From: Octopus sinensis
Lineage: Eukaryota
Assembly (NCBI RefSeq): GCF_006345805.1
Contig: NW_021835005.1
Coordinates: forward strand, 1-43,463
Length of the DNA: 43,463 nt
Direction of reading: 5' to 3'
Positions 13,365-24,552 of the stretch are shown here, piece by piece (within the stretch, counting starts at the first letter, position 1; every line of letters begins with the position of its first letter). The notes beneath the pieces were generated by a model. It was given only the letters and a program-made list of their open reading frames with translations, was not told where the DNA came from and ran no database searches. The position numbers and the translations under genes are program-made.

Positions 13365-13790
13365 CGCGTGTATGTATGTATGTATGTATGTATGTATGCA
13401 TGTATGTATGTATGTATGTATGTGTGTATGTATGTATGTATGTATGTGTGTATGTATGTTTGTATGTATGTATGTGTTTGTATGTGTGTATGTATGTTTG
13501 TATGTGTGCATGTGTGTATGTATGTATGGGTGTTTGTATGTATGTATGTATGTATGTGTATGTATGTGTGTGTGTATGTGTGTATGTGTGTATGTATGTT
13601 TGTATGTGTGTATGTGTGTATGTATGTTTGTTTGTATGTATGTATGTGTGTGTATGTATGTGTGTATGTATGTATGTGTGTTTGTATGTGTATGTATGAA
13701 TGTATGAATGTATGTATATATATATATATATGTATGTATGTATGAATGTATGTATGTATGTATGTATGTATGTATTTATGTGTGTGTGTA
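13365..13790. repeat. (TATG)n/(TG)n microsatellite
   Basis: Direct reading. Confidence 0.95.
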
Positions 13791-16164
13791 TCTGCGCGTC
13801 TTTATGTGTATTCGTATGTGTGTGCATCATTATTTCTATAAGAGGAAATTCAAGTTTGACTGTGCGTGTGTATATGTGCTTGTATGTGTGCATGTGTGTG
13901 TGTCTATATGTGCTTGCATGTGTGAGTATGTGTGTGTTTGTGGGTGTCTGCACGTATGTGTCTGTTTGTGCAGATATCGTTTGTTCTTGATCACACGTAA
14001 ATATACTGATAATGCGTACGTGTGTGTGTGTACATTTTATGTTTATTAATGTGTGTATGTGAATATGCTTCCATACATCTATACGTGTGTTCATCCAAGT
14101 TTCTTTTAACTAGAGTCGCGTCCCTGCGTGACCGTGTGTGTCCATGTGTATGGGTGCGTGACTGTGTATATATACCTGTGCATATGTGTGTGTGTGCTTT
14201 CTATGTATGTGTGTGTGTGTCTGTCTGTCTGTATCTCTGTGTGTGCGTGTATGTGTGGCCATGTGCGACTGTAAACAAACATGGTTTCCGTATCGGTAGC
14301 TAATTTACTTATTTCCGCCAGCATCCCTAAGGCTGTTTTAACATTTATACTTAGAATTTGCCATTCCAAAGAGTCATTCTTTATTCCTATTCTCTACTTC
14401 TTGCTGCACATACAACATAGTCAGCCCATTATCCCATTAACTATATATTTTTATTTTGGACTTTTCTAACCTTTTCTTTCTTCTATTCATAACGAGAAGC
14501 AACCTTCTTCTTTCTACATTCATCTTTGTTAAAAGCATGACTATATTTTAATATTACATGGACACATCGAGGTTAAATAAAGAATAAAAATATTGAAATC
14601 TCAACACAGAATCCTTAGAACCATAAGCCACATCAAATGGAAGAAAGTAGCACTTATGTCATTTCCTGTTATATTTCATCTATTTTTGGTTTATTTTTGC
14701 CTTCTGTTATTTCGTTTGGAAATTTTGAAAAGTTTTCGAGTGAACGTATCAATTTGATAAACTCCACGCGCTTCCCAAAATATATATATATATATTTTTT
14801 CTCATTCATTTTGTTTTGCTTTCGATAAATATAAATCGCCAATTGCATAAAATGTTAGAGAAACCTTGCATTAATTTTCTTTGGTTTACGGAATCATCCC
14901 AGATAAAATCAGAAATTCGATAAATTATCCAGCAGTCCTATATCATTTATTGTGTTCGTATCTGATAAATGGTGAAGTCTTTTGGAGAAAGAAAGAATCA
15001 CCTGACAAACATCACCAACCAGATCTTCAGAAATCTTTGAATTTGGGCTTAAGTAATTTTACACATTCCTGTCTTTGAATAATCCTGAGAAATATATGGA
15101 TGTTACAGAACCTCTTTATTATACTGCCATATTGTTTATTGATGTTTAATCTGTTGATGTTCTTCGTTGATGAAATATTTTGGTGAAGATATTGTCGTAG
15201 AAAACTCTGGTGCCTCAGTTAAATATTGGTTTCTGGTTTACTCTCTGGCACTCAAAACACTCTCCCCGACACACCTACGCACAAATGAATGCTACTACGT
15301 AACTTCTATTTTCTTTCAACCACTACTCTGCATTTTCCTTAACATTAAACAATATGCTACGTCTTTTGATAAACCAAAATAGATAAAACAATCTCAAAAT
15401 TAGGAGTTGAACTTTATTTTTAAGTCACTGAAGACACAGACTGGAATAGAGATTGTTGGATGTGAACCGTTTTTAACACTCTGAAGGTGTTCACATTATT
15501 TTGGCTGGGATACAAAAACTACATTTCCGATTAGCGAAAAACGATCGCGAGTATATTTCTTCCGAATGAAAAGCAGTATGCAAGAAGAAAGTCATCTATA
15601 AATTGCAGTTGACGCTGACACACTCGTTTTATCTTCACTTTTATCATCAATCACTTGTGACAATGTAAATGAAGATTTAATGTTTTTTTCTTTCTTACTG
15701 ATTCTGAGGAAGGAAAATCTCATTCTGCAGAAGAATCTACTCTATTTTCCAGGCATTTGTCTTTGTAGCCTGAGGATGATCTAACATAGAATATGTTGTT
15801 ATTCCATCCTCCCAAGAACAAATATACTAAATAAATGAATAAACTAAGGGTGGGGGCGTGTTACAAAAAGGAAAGAAACCGGAAAAGGAAGATGAGTTGA
15901 AGGTAGAAATTGACAGAAGAGTTTATACTGTAGAAGACAAAACCTGGGTATGTACATATCCACGCGCGCACGGTTGTATTTATGAATGTGTATACATGTA
16001 TGCATGTATGTCATTATTCAGTTTTATTTCAAGATTTCTTGCCAATAGAGAAAGAATCGGTTTCTAACCTAGATCTAAGGCTCCTTCATTGAAATTTCAA
16101 CACCAGCACCAATATATTTTTCAATGTATGTATATGTCTTGCAAACAAGGCATATACATACATG

Positions 16165-16374
16165 CAGGAGAAAGAAGGGACTGAGAAAGATGAAAAGTCA
16201 GAAAGAAGGGGAGAGGAAGAGGAGTATATATATATATAATATATATATATATGCACACACACAACACACATATATATGTAAGTAGAGAGTAATATAGAAA
16301 CATTACGAAGGATATATTATAAATAATTAAGATTATTTATGAATATATCAATGGCCAAACATGTTATAAAATAT
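16165..16374. repeat. About 200-bp direct repeat of 16997-17195
   Basis: gactgagaaagatgaaaagtcagaaagaagggg...catgttataaaatat occurs at both places. Confidence 0.9.
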
Positions 16375-16437
16375 GTTTATGTGTAGATTTTGTATGTTTT
16401 ATTTTCTGTATGTATTCTCATGCATATAGTTGCATGC

Positions 16438-16845
16438 TCATATATAAATGATAAACTTCTGGAAATTTCTAAAGATTTTTACAGTTCCACTCATGAGTTG
16501 TAGTCTTCGAATCAGCTGTCCCCTTTCTGGTTTTGAGAAGCCTAATTTCTCAAGACTTTTATTTATGCTGTGTGTTACACATCCCAGTGCACCAATAATT
16601 ACAGATATAAACCTGAACTTGTAATCTGGATAAAGTAACTGCAGATTTATCAATAGTTCAGCGTAGGTATTCACTTCTTTACTCATCAGCTTTATGTTAA
16701 CATCCACTCGACAGCTGATTTCCAAAACTTTACACAGTTTCTCTTCTATATCCCTAATCACTATATCAGGTCTATTGTGTTTACATTTTACTGAGGTATT
16801 CAATTGGACATTCCACCAGTACTCCTTTTTATTATGAGTGGCACG
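16438..16845 (-). mobile_element. Non-LTR retrotransposon fragment, restriction-like endonuclease (Dong/R4-like)
   Basis: Translation YWWNVQLNTSVKCKHNRPDIVIRD...VLEISC...VIIGALG carries the RPD..D/E motif and the C-terminal IIGALG typical of RLE LINEs; 5'-truncated. Confidence 0.85.
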
Positions 16846-16967
16846 TATGCATGTATATGCGTATATATATATCTATATAGGGTAAATACAGTGATCAATA
16901 AAAAGACGTCCCAAATGGTCAAGGTATGACAAGTTCAGTATTAATGCTTTAATGGAAAAAGAAAGTT

Positions 16968-17005
16968 ACTTGGCATTTCGAACTCTAGCCCTTCATCAGG
17001 AGAAA
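16968..17005 (-). ncRNA. Degenerate minimal hammerhead motif
   Basis: Minus strand CUGAUGA-A-GGGC-uaga-GUUC-GAAA-UGCC. Stem II forms, but U16.1 is lost and stem I is poor. Confidence 0.5.
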
Positions 17006-17194
17006 GAGAAAAGCATAGAGAGACTGAGAAAGATGAAAAGTCAGAAAGAAGGGGAGAGGAAGAGGAGTATATATATGCACACACACAACACACATATATA
17101 TCTAAGTAGAGAGTAATATAGAAACATTACGAAGGATATATTATAAATAAAGATTATTTATGAATATATCAATGGCCAAACATGTTATAAAATA

Positions 17195-17646
17195 TAAAGA
17201 AGTAAAACGTTTATAATTATGAACAAGCCAGAATTATAACTAAGAGGGTGGTCTCGAGATTTTCGCATAAATGCTGTGCATGGCATTTGAATTCAAAACT
17301 TGATTGTGTAGATAGAGGTTGAAACATTTCTATTGCCAGTCGGGATTCATGCTATCCCTCAAGGTAAAGTCTTCTTTTGATTTCTATCTATCGTATTATT
17401 CCTCCTGACGAGGCGAATGGGTCCCTTAAGTGGTCCCCAACGCCGAAATAGCAATAGGGAACTCACCAATTATTTTCAAATTGTGGATTCTAATTTCCAC
17501 GTTGCTCGAGGACAGTTTTTATCGTGAGGAGAATTGATATGAATAAATAATGGTTTTATAGTGTTTTTGGTTACATGTAAGGTTTTTTTTAACCCTCTTA
17601 GATATAATTGTGACTTGTTCTTAATTATAAACGTTTTTCTTCTTCA
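17195..17646 (+). mobile_element. HHR-bearing PLE-like relic with short inverted 5' arm
   Basis: 17195-17249 is the reverse complement of 17592-17646. The body is homologous to 5430-5720 and ends at (TA)n. Confidence 0.75.
17400..17461 (+). ncRNA. Type I hammerhead ribozyme, paralogue of 5456-5517
   Basis: CUGACGA 17405-17411; stem II GGCG/CGCC; GAAA 17445-17448; stem III AUAGCAAU (one mismatch from the palindrome); AUA triplet; gggaa. Confidence 0.8.
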
Positions 17647-17661
17647 TATGTGTATATGTAT

Positions 17662-17705
<44 letters not shown>

Positions 17706-18559
17706 TGGTAAAAACGGCAAGATAGCAAAAGAAAGAAAGAGACCTCAATATTACGTAAATAGAGGAAATTTATCTATAAAATAATATGTTACAATTACTC
17801 AATAGTCAAGATAAAACCGCTATATAAAGGGAAATTACTGTGTTATAATTCTGCTACTTATATAAAATAAGATTAAAAGTTCATAGTAAACACGTAAACA
17901 TGGCTAGTCATACGCTCACATATGCGCTCGCGGTCCCACGTGCGTACTTATACGTCACTATGAAAACGTACACATCTTCACTCGCATTTTTCGCCAAATA
18001 TATGCGCATATATATACAAACTCATACACACACACACACGCGTACCGTAAAAGTTCATACATACGTCTATATACGCATAAGCACAAGAAAAACCATGGTT
18101 AAAGGTAACAGAAAAAACATAAGGAAGTATACAAAGCATAAAAACCACGTTCATATACGGACATGCCCTCATATGCACTCATACACACACACACGCCCAT
18201 ATATGTACATATCTGCACATGTTTATATACGCATACACACACACGCATATACAAAAAATGAATATACATATGCTCCCCCCCAAAAAAAATCCCCATAAAA
18301 AATGGAAAAATACTAAGTAAAAACGTCTATATATATATATATATATGCATTCTTATGCCATCACACACGCACATCTAAAACTGTCCACTCATACATATTC
18401 ACACACGTGAATCTATATACACGTCTATATAGGCACAGAAAAAATGCAGGATAGAAGAGTATAAAAAAATTATTATGTGTGAAAATATAAAAATATATGA
18501 AATAATAAAAGGTATAATGAGATAAAAAACTTTTTGGGACGTAATATAGAAAGCAAGTT

Positions 18560-19429
18560 CTATCTGTTTTCTTTAGGGGACCAAAAACGTAACAAATATT
18601 TTGTCACATGTGGGCATGATCCGAAAAGTTCTGTCCTTGATTTTAGACATGTAGGAGGATCTAAGCTGCTTTTCCAGATAAGCCATCTCTCCATGTCGCA
18701 TAGACCGCACTTTCCGCTGCCGTTGGTGTAGGGCTTACATTTGGCCAAAATCTTCCATTTGGCCAAAATATTCGATACCTTTATCTTTTAAAGACCAAAT
18801 ATGATTAGATAATTTTGTCGCTTTTCTTTTGCTCCAGTGCCTAAAACTCAAGGTGTGGTTATTGAACCTGGCCTTGAAATTACCCTCTGTAAGGCCCACG
18901 TATTTCTTCGTCGAAACGGTGTCTTTAGTGGTTATAGAGTCCACGGTAGCTTCATAGATGATGGTCTTGGACATGCAAGCTCCATTTAGCGGGCACAATT
19001 TTTTATTCCTGCATGAACAGCTGTTTTCTTGTTGTGGTTTTTGTGTGTTATGTGTGATTATATTTTTAAAATTGGTAGTTGAACTAAAACTAATTTTTAA
19101 ATTGTGGTTATTGAAGAGTTTCCTATAAGTATGATTAACTGGAAAATGTCTATCTATCAGTGTTAAGAAATATTTACCTATATTGAAGGTCACCTCGGGT
19201 GAGTAAGGGGGTGTAAACCAGATGATCTTCCTATTTCTATTTTCCTCTTCTTTACTGTTGGGCTAGTAACAGGTGTATATTTTATTTTTTCGCTAAAACC
19301 ACTATCTTTTAAAGCCTTATTATAAACTGGGGCAACGCTATTAAAAATGTCCTTATCGGAGGAGAGGCTAGGAATTCTCTTACTAATATTTTTAACTAAA
19401 TGTTTGAATACTATAGGAGGGATGACCAT
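18560..19429 (-). pseudogene. Frameshifted PLE ORF: RT thumb, linker and GIY-YIG endonuclease
   Basis: Three ORF pieces join: IPPIVFKHL...ALKDSG; (IIWFTPPYS) NIGKYFLTLIDRHFP; CSCRNKKLC (CxCx5C); IIYEATV...KYVGLTEGNFKARFNNH (GIY-YIG); CGLC; CPH. Confidence 0.9.
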
Positions 19430-19722
19430 TGTACTAGACTAGTAGCGGTCTTAATTTTCGCATTTATTTTATCAAAATATGTGTGTATGAATTTGTATAT
19501 ATATGCGTATATATTTGGCGAAAAATGAGAGTGAAGATGTGTACGTTTTCATAGTGACGTATAAGTACGCACGTGGGTCCGCGTGCGCATATGTGAGCGT
19601 ATGACTAGCCATGTTTACGTATTTACTATGAACTTTTAATCTTATTTTACTTAAGTAGCAGAATTATAACACAGTAATTTCCCTTTATATAACGGTATTT
19701 TTTCATAGCGTTTTTCAGATGG

Positions 19723-19789
19723 CCAGATAACCGAAGAGATGGTGTTGTGGATTTCCACTTCGGCATCTGAAACTCAGAGTTTTATCTTG
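19723..19789 (+). ncRNA. Hammerhead motif in the inverted pLTR (core variant)
   Basis: Stem I agataa/ttatct; CCGAAGA (U4C); stem II GAUG/CAUC with inner gtgga/tccac; extra U before GAAA 19769-19772; stem III ACUC-A-GAGU; GUU triplet. Confidence 0.72.
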
Positions 19790-19812
19790 ACTATTGAGTA
19801 ATTGTAACATAT

Positions 19813-19876
<64 letters not shown>

Positions 19877-19960
19877 GCCACTTATATTTGAATACTATAC
19901 AAATATTCCTTTAAATAAACATTTCTTTTCATTTTTCTAAATTTAATTATTTAATCGTTA

Positions 19961-19998
19961 CAGTTGAAAAGGTCTCAAAATGACTGAAACCGGTACTG
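19961..19998 (+). ncRNA. Minimal hammerhead with U3-A8 core variant
   Basis: cag-UUGAAAA-GGUC-ucaaaau-GACU-GAAA-CCGGU-A-cug; palindromic stem III ACCGGU; GUA triplet; lies in a short island between (TA)n tracts. Confidence 0.65.
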
Positions 19999-20049
19999 AA
20001 ATGTTCTTTATAAAATTATTTTCGCATTTTCCATTTGACTTATTTTTTC

Positions 20050-20171
<122 letters not shown>

Positions 20172-20178
20172 ATATACA

Positions 20179-20225
<47 letters not shown>

Positions 20226-20248
20226 GTATTTATCTCTCTCTCTCTCTC

Positions 20249-20292
<44 letters not shown>

Positions 20293-20609
20293 GTATATTA
20301 ATGTAGTATAGTTTTATTGAAAAAGTGTGCAATGGAGGTGTTAAAATTACTTCTTAAAGCAAATACGATGCCATTCGAAAATAACTGAGACAAATGAGAA
20401 ACAGGAAATGTAAAACGTTCGGTTAAACTTTAATTTATATTTCAATATTTCGGAGTTCGGAGATAAAATTCCGAAGATTTGCATTATGTTGGCTTTTAAA
20501 GCAATCTTTATTACATACATTATATAGAAAGTAGTTAATTAAACATATGCTATAAACCTGGTAGTTTGCCGGTAAACGGCCTATGGCTGATTGAAGTCAT
20601 CTCTCTCTT

Positions 20610-21025
20610 TCTCTCTTTTACTCTTTTACTTGTTTCAGTCATTTGACTGCGGCCATGCTGGAGCACCGCCTTTCGTCGAACAAATCGACCCCGCGACTTA
20701 TTCTTTTTTGTAAGGCCAGTACTTATTCTATCGATCTCTTTTTGCCGAACCGCTAAGTGACGGGGACGTAAACACACCAGCATCGGTTGTCAAGCAATGC
20801 TAGGGGGACAAACACAGACACACAAACACACCCACGCATATATATATATATATATATATATATACGACAGGCTTCTTTCAGTTTCCGTCTACCAAATCCA
20901 CTCACAAGGCATTGGTCGGCCCGGGGCTATAGCAGAAGACACTTGCCCAAGGTGCCACGCAGTGGGACTGAACCCGGAACCATGAGGTTGGTTAGCAAGC
21001 TACTTACCACACAGCCACTCCTGCG
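20610..21025 (-). mobile_element. SINE family A, full length
   Basis: Reverse complement of 39711-40122. Confidence 0.92.
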
Positions 21026-21425
21026 GTATTATTATAAATGTCACAGGATCTGTTTCAGAAATCTCTCAGTGTTCGTCGGATATGCAAAATAAAGAGAGAG
21101 ACGGAAGCTGAAAAATACGAAAATCTTTATTGATCACTACAATCATTTCGACCCATTCTGCATCGATCCCTTGTGGGTGGGAAACTATACAACTGAGGTG
21201 CATCACCTCGGTGCAGATGTGTCTTCTCGGGTAATGTTCAAGAGGTATCTCGTTAAAATAAACTCCGCTTCGCAAGCTTTTAACTGCGTGTTGATTTCTT
21301 GGGCTTCGTAGATAGAAATGGCAAAATGACGAATACTACCTCTTTCTCATAGAAGATCGATAAAAAGTCAAATGCAAAAAGAAACAAATATACAATAAAG
21401 TGAAAAAAAAATTTATTATACATAA

Positions 21426-21571
21426 CCGTAGCTGTGTGGTAAGTAACTTGCTTACCAACCACATGGCTTCGGGTTCAGTCCCACTGGGTGGTACCTTTGG
21501 CAAGTGTCTTCTACTATAGCTTCGGGCCGACCAAAGCCTTGTGAGAGGAAGTGGTAGACGGAAACTGACGG

Positions 21572-21614
<43 letters not shown>

Positions 21615-21755
21615 ATCAATATATATATATATATATATATATATTGGCCTGCTCGCTTAGCCAGCGGGGTGGCGTCATTTGAAGGCTCAAACAATGCGAA
21701 GCGCATTGTGACCAGCGATGTGTAGCAACATCTGATAGCCTGATCAGTCACGTTG

Positions 21756-21790
<35 letters not shown>

Positions 21791-21998
21791 GTGTGTGTGT
21801 GTGGTGTGTGTGTGTGCGTGTCTGTGTGTCTGTGTTTGTCCCCTTTCATCACTTGATAACCGATGTTAGTGTGTTTACGTCCCCGTAACTTAACGGTCCG
21901 GCAAAAGTGACCGATAGAATAAGATCGATTTGTTCGACTAAAGGCGGTATTCCAGCATGGCCGCAGTCAAATGACTGAAACAAATAAAAGAATAAAAA
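21426..21998 (+). mobile_element. SINE family A with a nested insert in its internal microsatellite
   Basis: 5' half 21426-21575; CA/TA repeats; unrelated segment 21644-21758; 3' half about 21825-21998. Confidence 0.85.
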
Positions 21999-22166
21999 GG
22001 GTTAGTAGATATGGATATACAACTGCACACACACACACACCACACTCGTAGTCTGGTGCGCGTACATACGCACACACACATGCACGCATGGTCTGGTCCA
22101 CATACACACGCTCGCACACGCAACTGAGTAGATGTTATTAAAGTCAGTGACGATTAATGGCCAGAG

Positions 22167-22402
22167 ATACCTATTTCTTTACTACCCACAAGGGGCTAAA
22201 CACAGAGAGGACAAACAAAGACAGACAAACGGATTAAGTCGATTACATCGACCCCAGTGTATAACTGGTACTTATTTAATCGACCCCGAAGGGATGAAAG
22301 GCAAAGTCGACCTCGGCGGAATTTGAACTCAGAATGTAGCGGCAGATGAAATACCGCTGAGCATTTCGCCCGGTGCGCTAACGTTTCTGCCAGCTCGCCG
22401 CC
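22167..22402 (-). mobile_element. SINE family B, single module
   Basis: Full head-core-tail1; flanks ccagagatacc / ccagagagacc are a probable TSD. Confidence 0.9.
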
Positions 22403-23732
22403 AGAGAGACCATACCGCTTCGGGGGTTGTCAAACACGTTGGGGGTACGTTCCACTGGGTCTGGGTCGCGTGTCTTTATGGCTCTTGTTTACGCATAAAT
22501 ACCGACGTAAAGATATGTCACGCGTACTCGCACATATCCACACAGCTGAGCCTATATACCTATATGTATATATAGACACGTTTACATACATCAATAGGCG
22601 CATCTTTATGTGTTTATACACTTAAACACATTCCTGTACATAGATACTTCCACATCTATATAAGTGTATATAAGAATAGACGCATACAAGTATACATGGC
22701 GCTTGCATGATAGTAAATGAACTTTGGCACCATACAGCAGACGCTAATTAGATCAACCACTGACTTAATTAATAATAACAGTTTATCTAATTGTATAGAT
22801 AAATAAACAGGACCTCCCCCATTCTTATTAAGTACCCCACCACAAAAGTTACCAACATCACTGTTAGAGGTTATGCAACCGTCTAAGGAATAAATGTATC
22901 CATAGACATTACTGGTGTAATATCTAACTATGCTCTAAGGTTATCAGTAGTTGGTAATTTAAATGGTAAATCGTGGCTTAATATATTCAGACGGAGCCAC
23001 AATTAACAATTAGAAGTTGATCATTGGTATTAAACGGTATACGTGGGAAATGTATGTATATATTAGTTTTCTGTACACAAGTATTTACCGGTATGTATAT
23101 ATATATTTTCACTCATATATTGAAGCTATATTTCTACTGATGAGTGTAAAGCAATTTTTAGTACAAAGAAGGAAATCGTAAGATACGGAATAGTCCAAAA
23201 GTTTATAAATTTTCTTGTCTATTTTCTCGCATCCAGCCTTGTACAAAAAGAGAAACAAATTTAGAGTGGTTTGTAGACATTTGACCTCTACTTCTAGCGC
23301 ACTGGCGTTGTCCCTCCAGCGCCCTTAATTATAATTATAATTTTCATAATTATATACTTAAATATCAATTTTATTGATATGGTGGTTTTTATACGCTGGT
23401 CACTGGTATGATAATTTTAATGGTTATATCTTCAATTTATACAAATTCACACATGTACTCACACACACATAATACACACAAACACACATACACGCACAAT
23501 TATATGTGATAAGATAAGATCCAAGGATTCAGGTATATAAGGATCCAAGAGGTTAGTAAGCTTCGAGCAGTCCGTAGAAGGTATAAAAAATAACTTTCAG
23601 GAACAACAGTGGTTTATTTACGTAGAAGGTTGTAAATTATCCCCACATCGAAATTCGATAAGCTGAAACGAATTTATATTATAGCTCACCGTTAGCAACT
23701 GGAGTTGATGTGCATGCAAAAACATGGCTATC

Positions 23733-23800
<68 letters not shown>

Positions 23801-23831
23801 AAGATACATACATACATACATACACACACAC

Positions 23832-23862
<31 letters not shown>

Positions 23863-23863
<1 letters not shown>

Positions 23864-24254
23864 TTAATCATATCAAAGGAAAATGAAAATTAATTAAAAT
23901 TTATATTTCCAGTGGTCTAACGTGTAAAAAGTTAGTCCAAAAGACTATATATTAGTCATACGATATAGTGTATATTTAAACACATGAGGAATCCACTCAT
24001 AAGAATTCAACACGCTAGAAAGAACAGCTAGGTTCTATAACCACAAAAATTAGGGATAAAATTCGACAGGAACGAAATGAAAAAAACATTTTACCATCTA
24101 GTTTCCTGGACCAATTGTTTTCTGATTTTAGTTTTCGTTCCTGTCGAATTTTATTCCTAATTTTTGTGGTTATAGAACCTAACTGTTCTTTCTAGCGTGT
24201 GAATTCTATAAGTGGATTCCTCATGTGTTTAAATGTACACTGTATCTTATGACT
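23863..24254 (-). mobile_element. Long inverted-repeat island in (TA)n, probable PLE pLTR relic
   Basis: Arms 23954-24077 and 24133-24254 are close reverse complements. The left arm has a unique extension to about 23863, and a third fragment lies at about 24479-24510. Confidence 0.6.
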
Positions 24255-24304
<50 letters not shown>

Positions 24305-24435
24305 CAGGGTGTCCCCAAAAAATGTATACACATAGTGGTTCGGCAAAAGAGAACGATAGAATAAGTACTAGGCTTACAAAGAATTACAAATTTACAATTA
24401 TTTAAGGTGTGTATACATTTTTTGGGGACACCCTG
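24305..24435. mobile_element. Tc1/mariner-type MITE, 131 bp
   Basis: Perfect 28-bp TIRs cagggtgtccccaaaaaatgtatacaca (24305-24332 and 24408-24435) flanked by TA. Confidence 0.9.
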
Positions 24436-24505
24436 TATATATATATATTATATATATATATATAGATAAGAAAGTTGGTTTGTGGTTATAGAACCTAACT
24501 GTTCT

Positions 24506-24552
<47 letters not shown>

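Larger units (their letters stand above)
17703..19820 (-). mobile_element. Penelope-like element (Naiad-type), 5'-truncated, with inverted pLTR
   Basis: Minus-strand RT-thumb/GIY-YIG remnant. 17776-18030 and 19480-19820 are inverted copies, and both ends abut (TA)n. Confidence 0.88.

Noticed and set aside
13305-14303. Overlapping MYVC- and HTYI-rich ORFs
   Set aside because: TATG/TG repeat artefacts.
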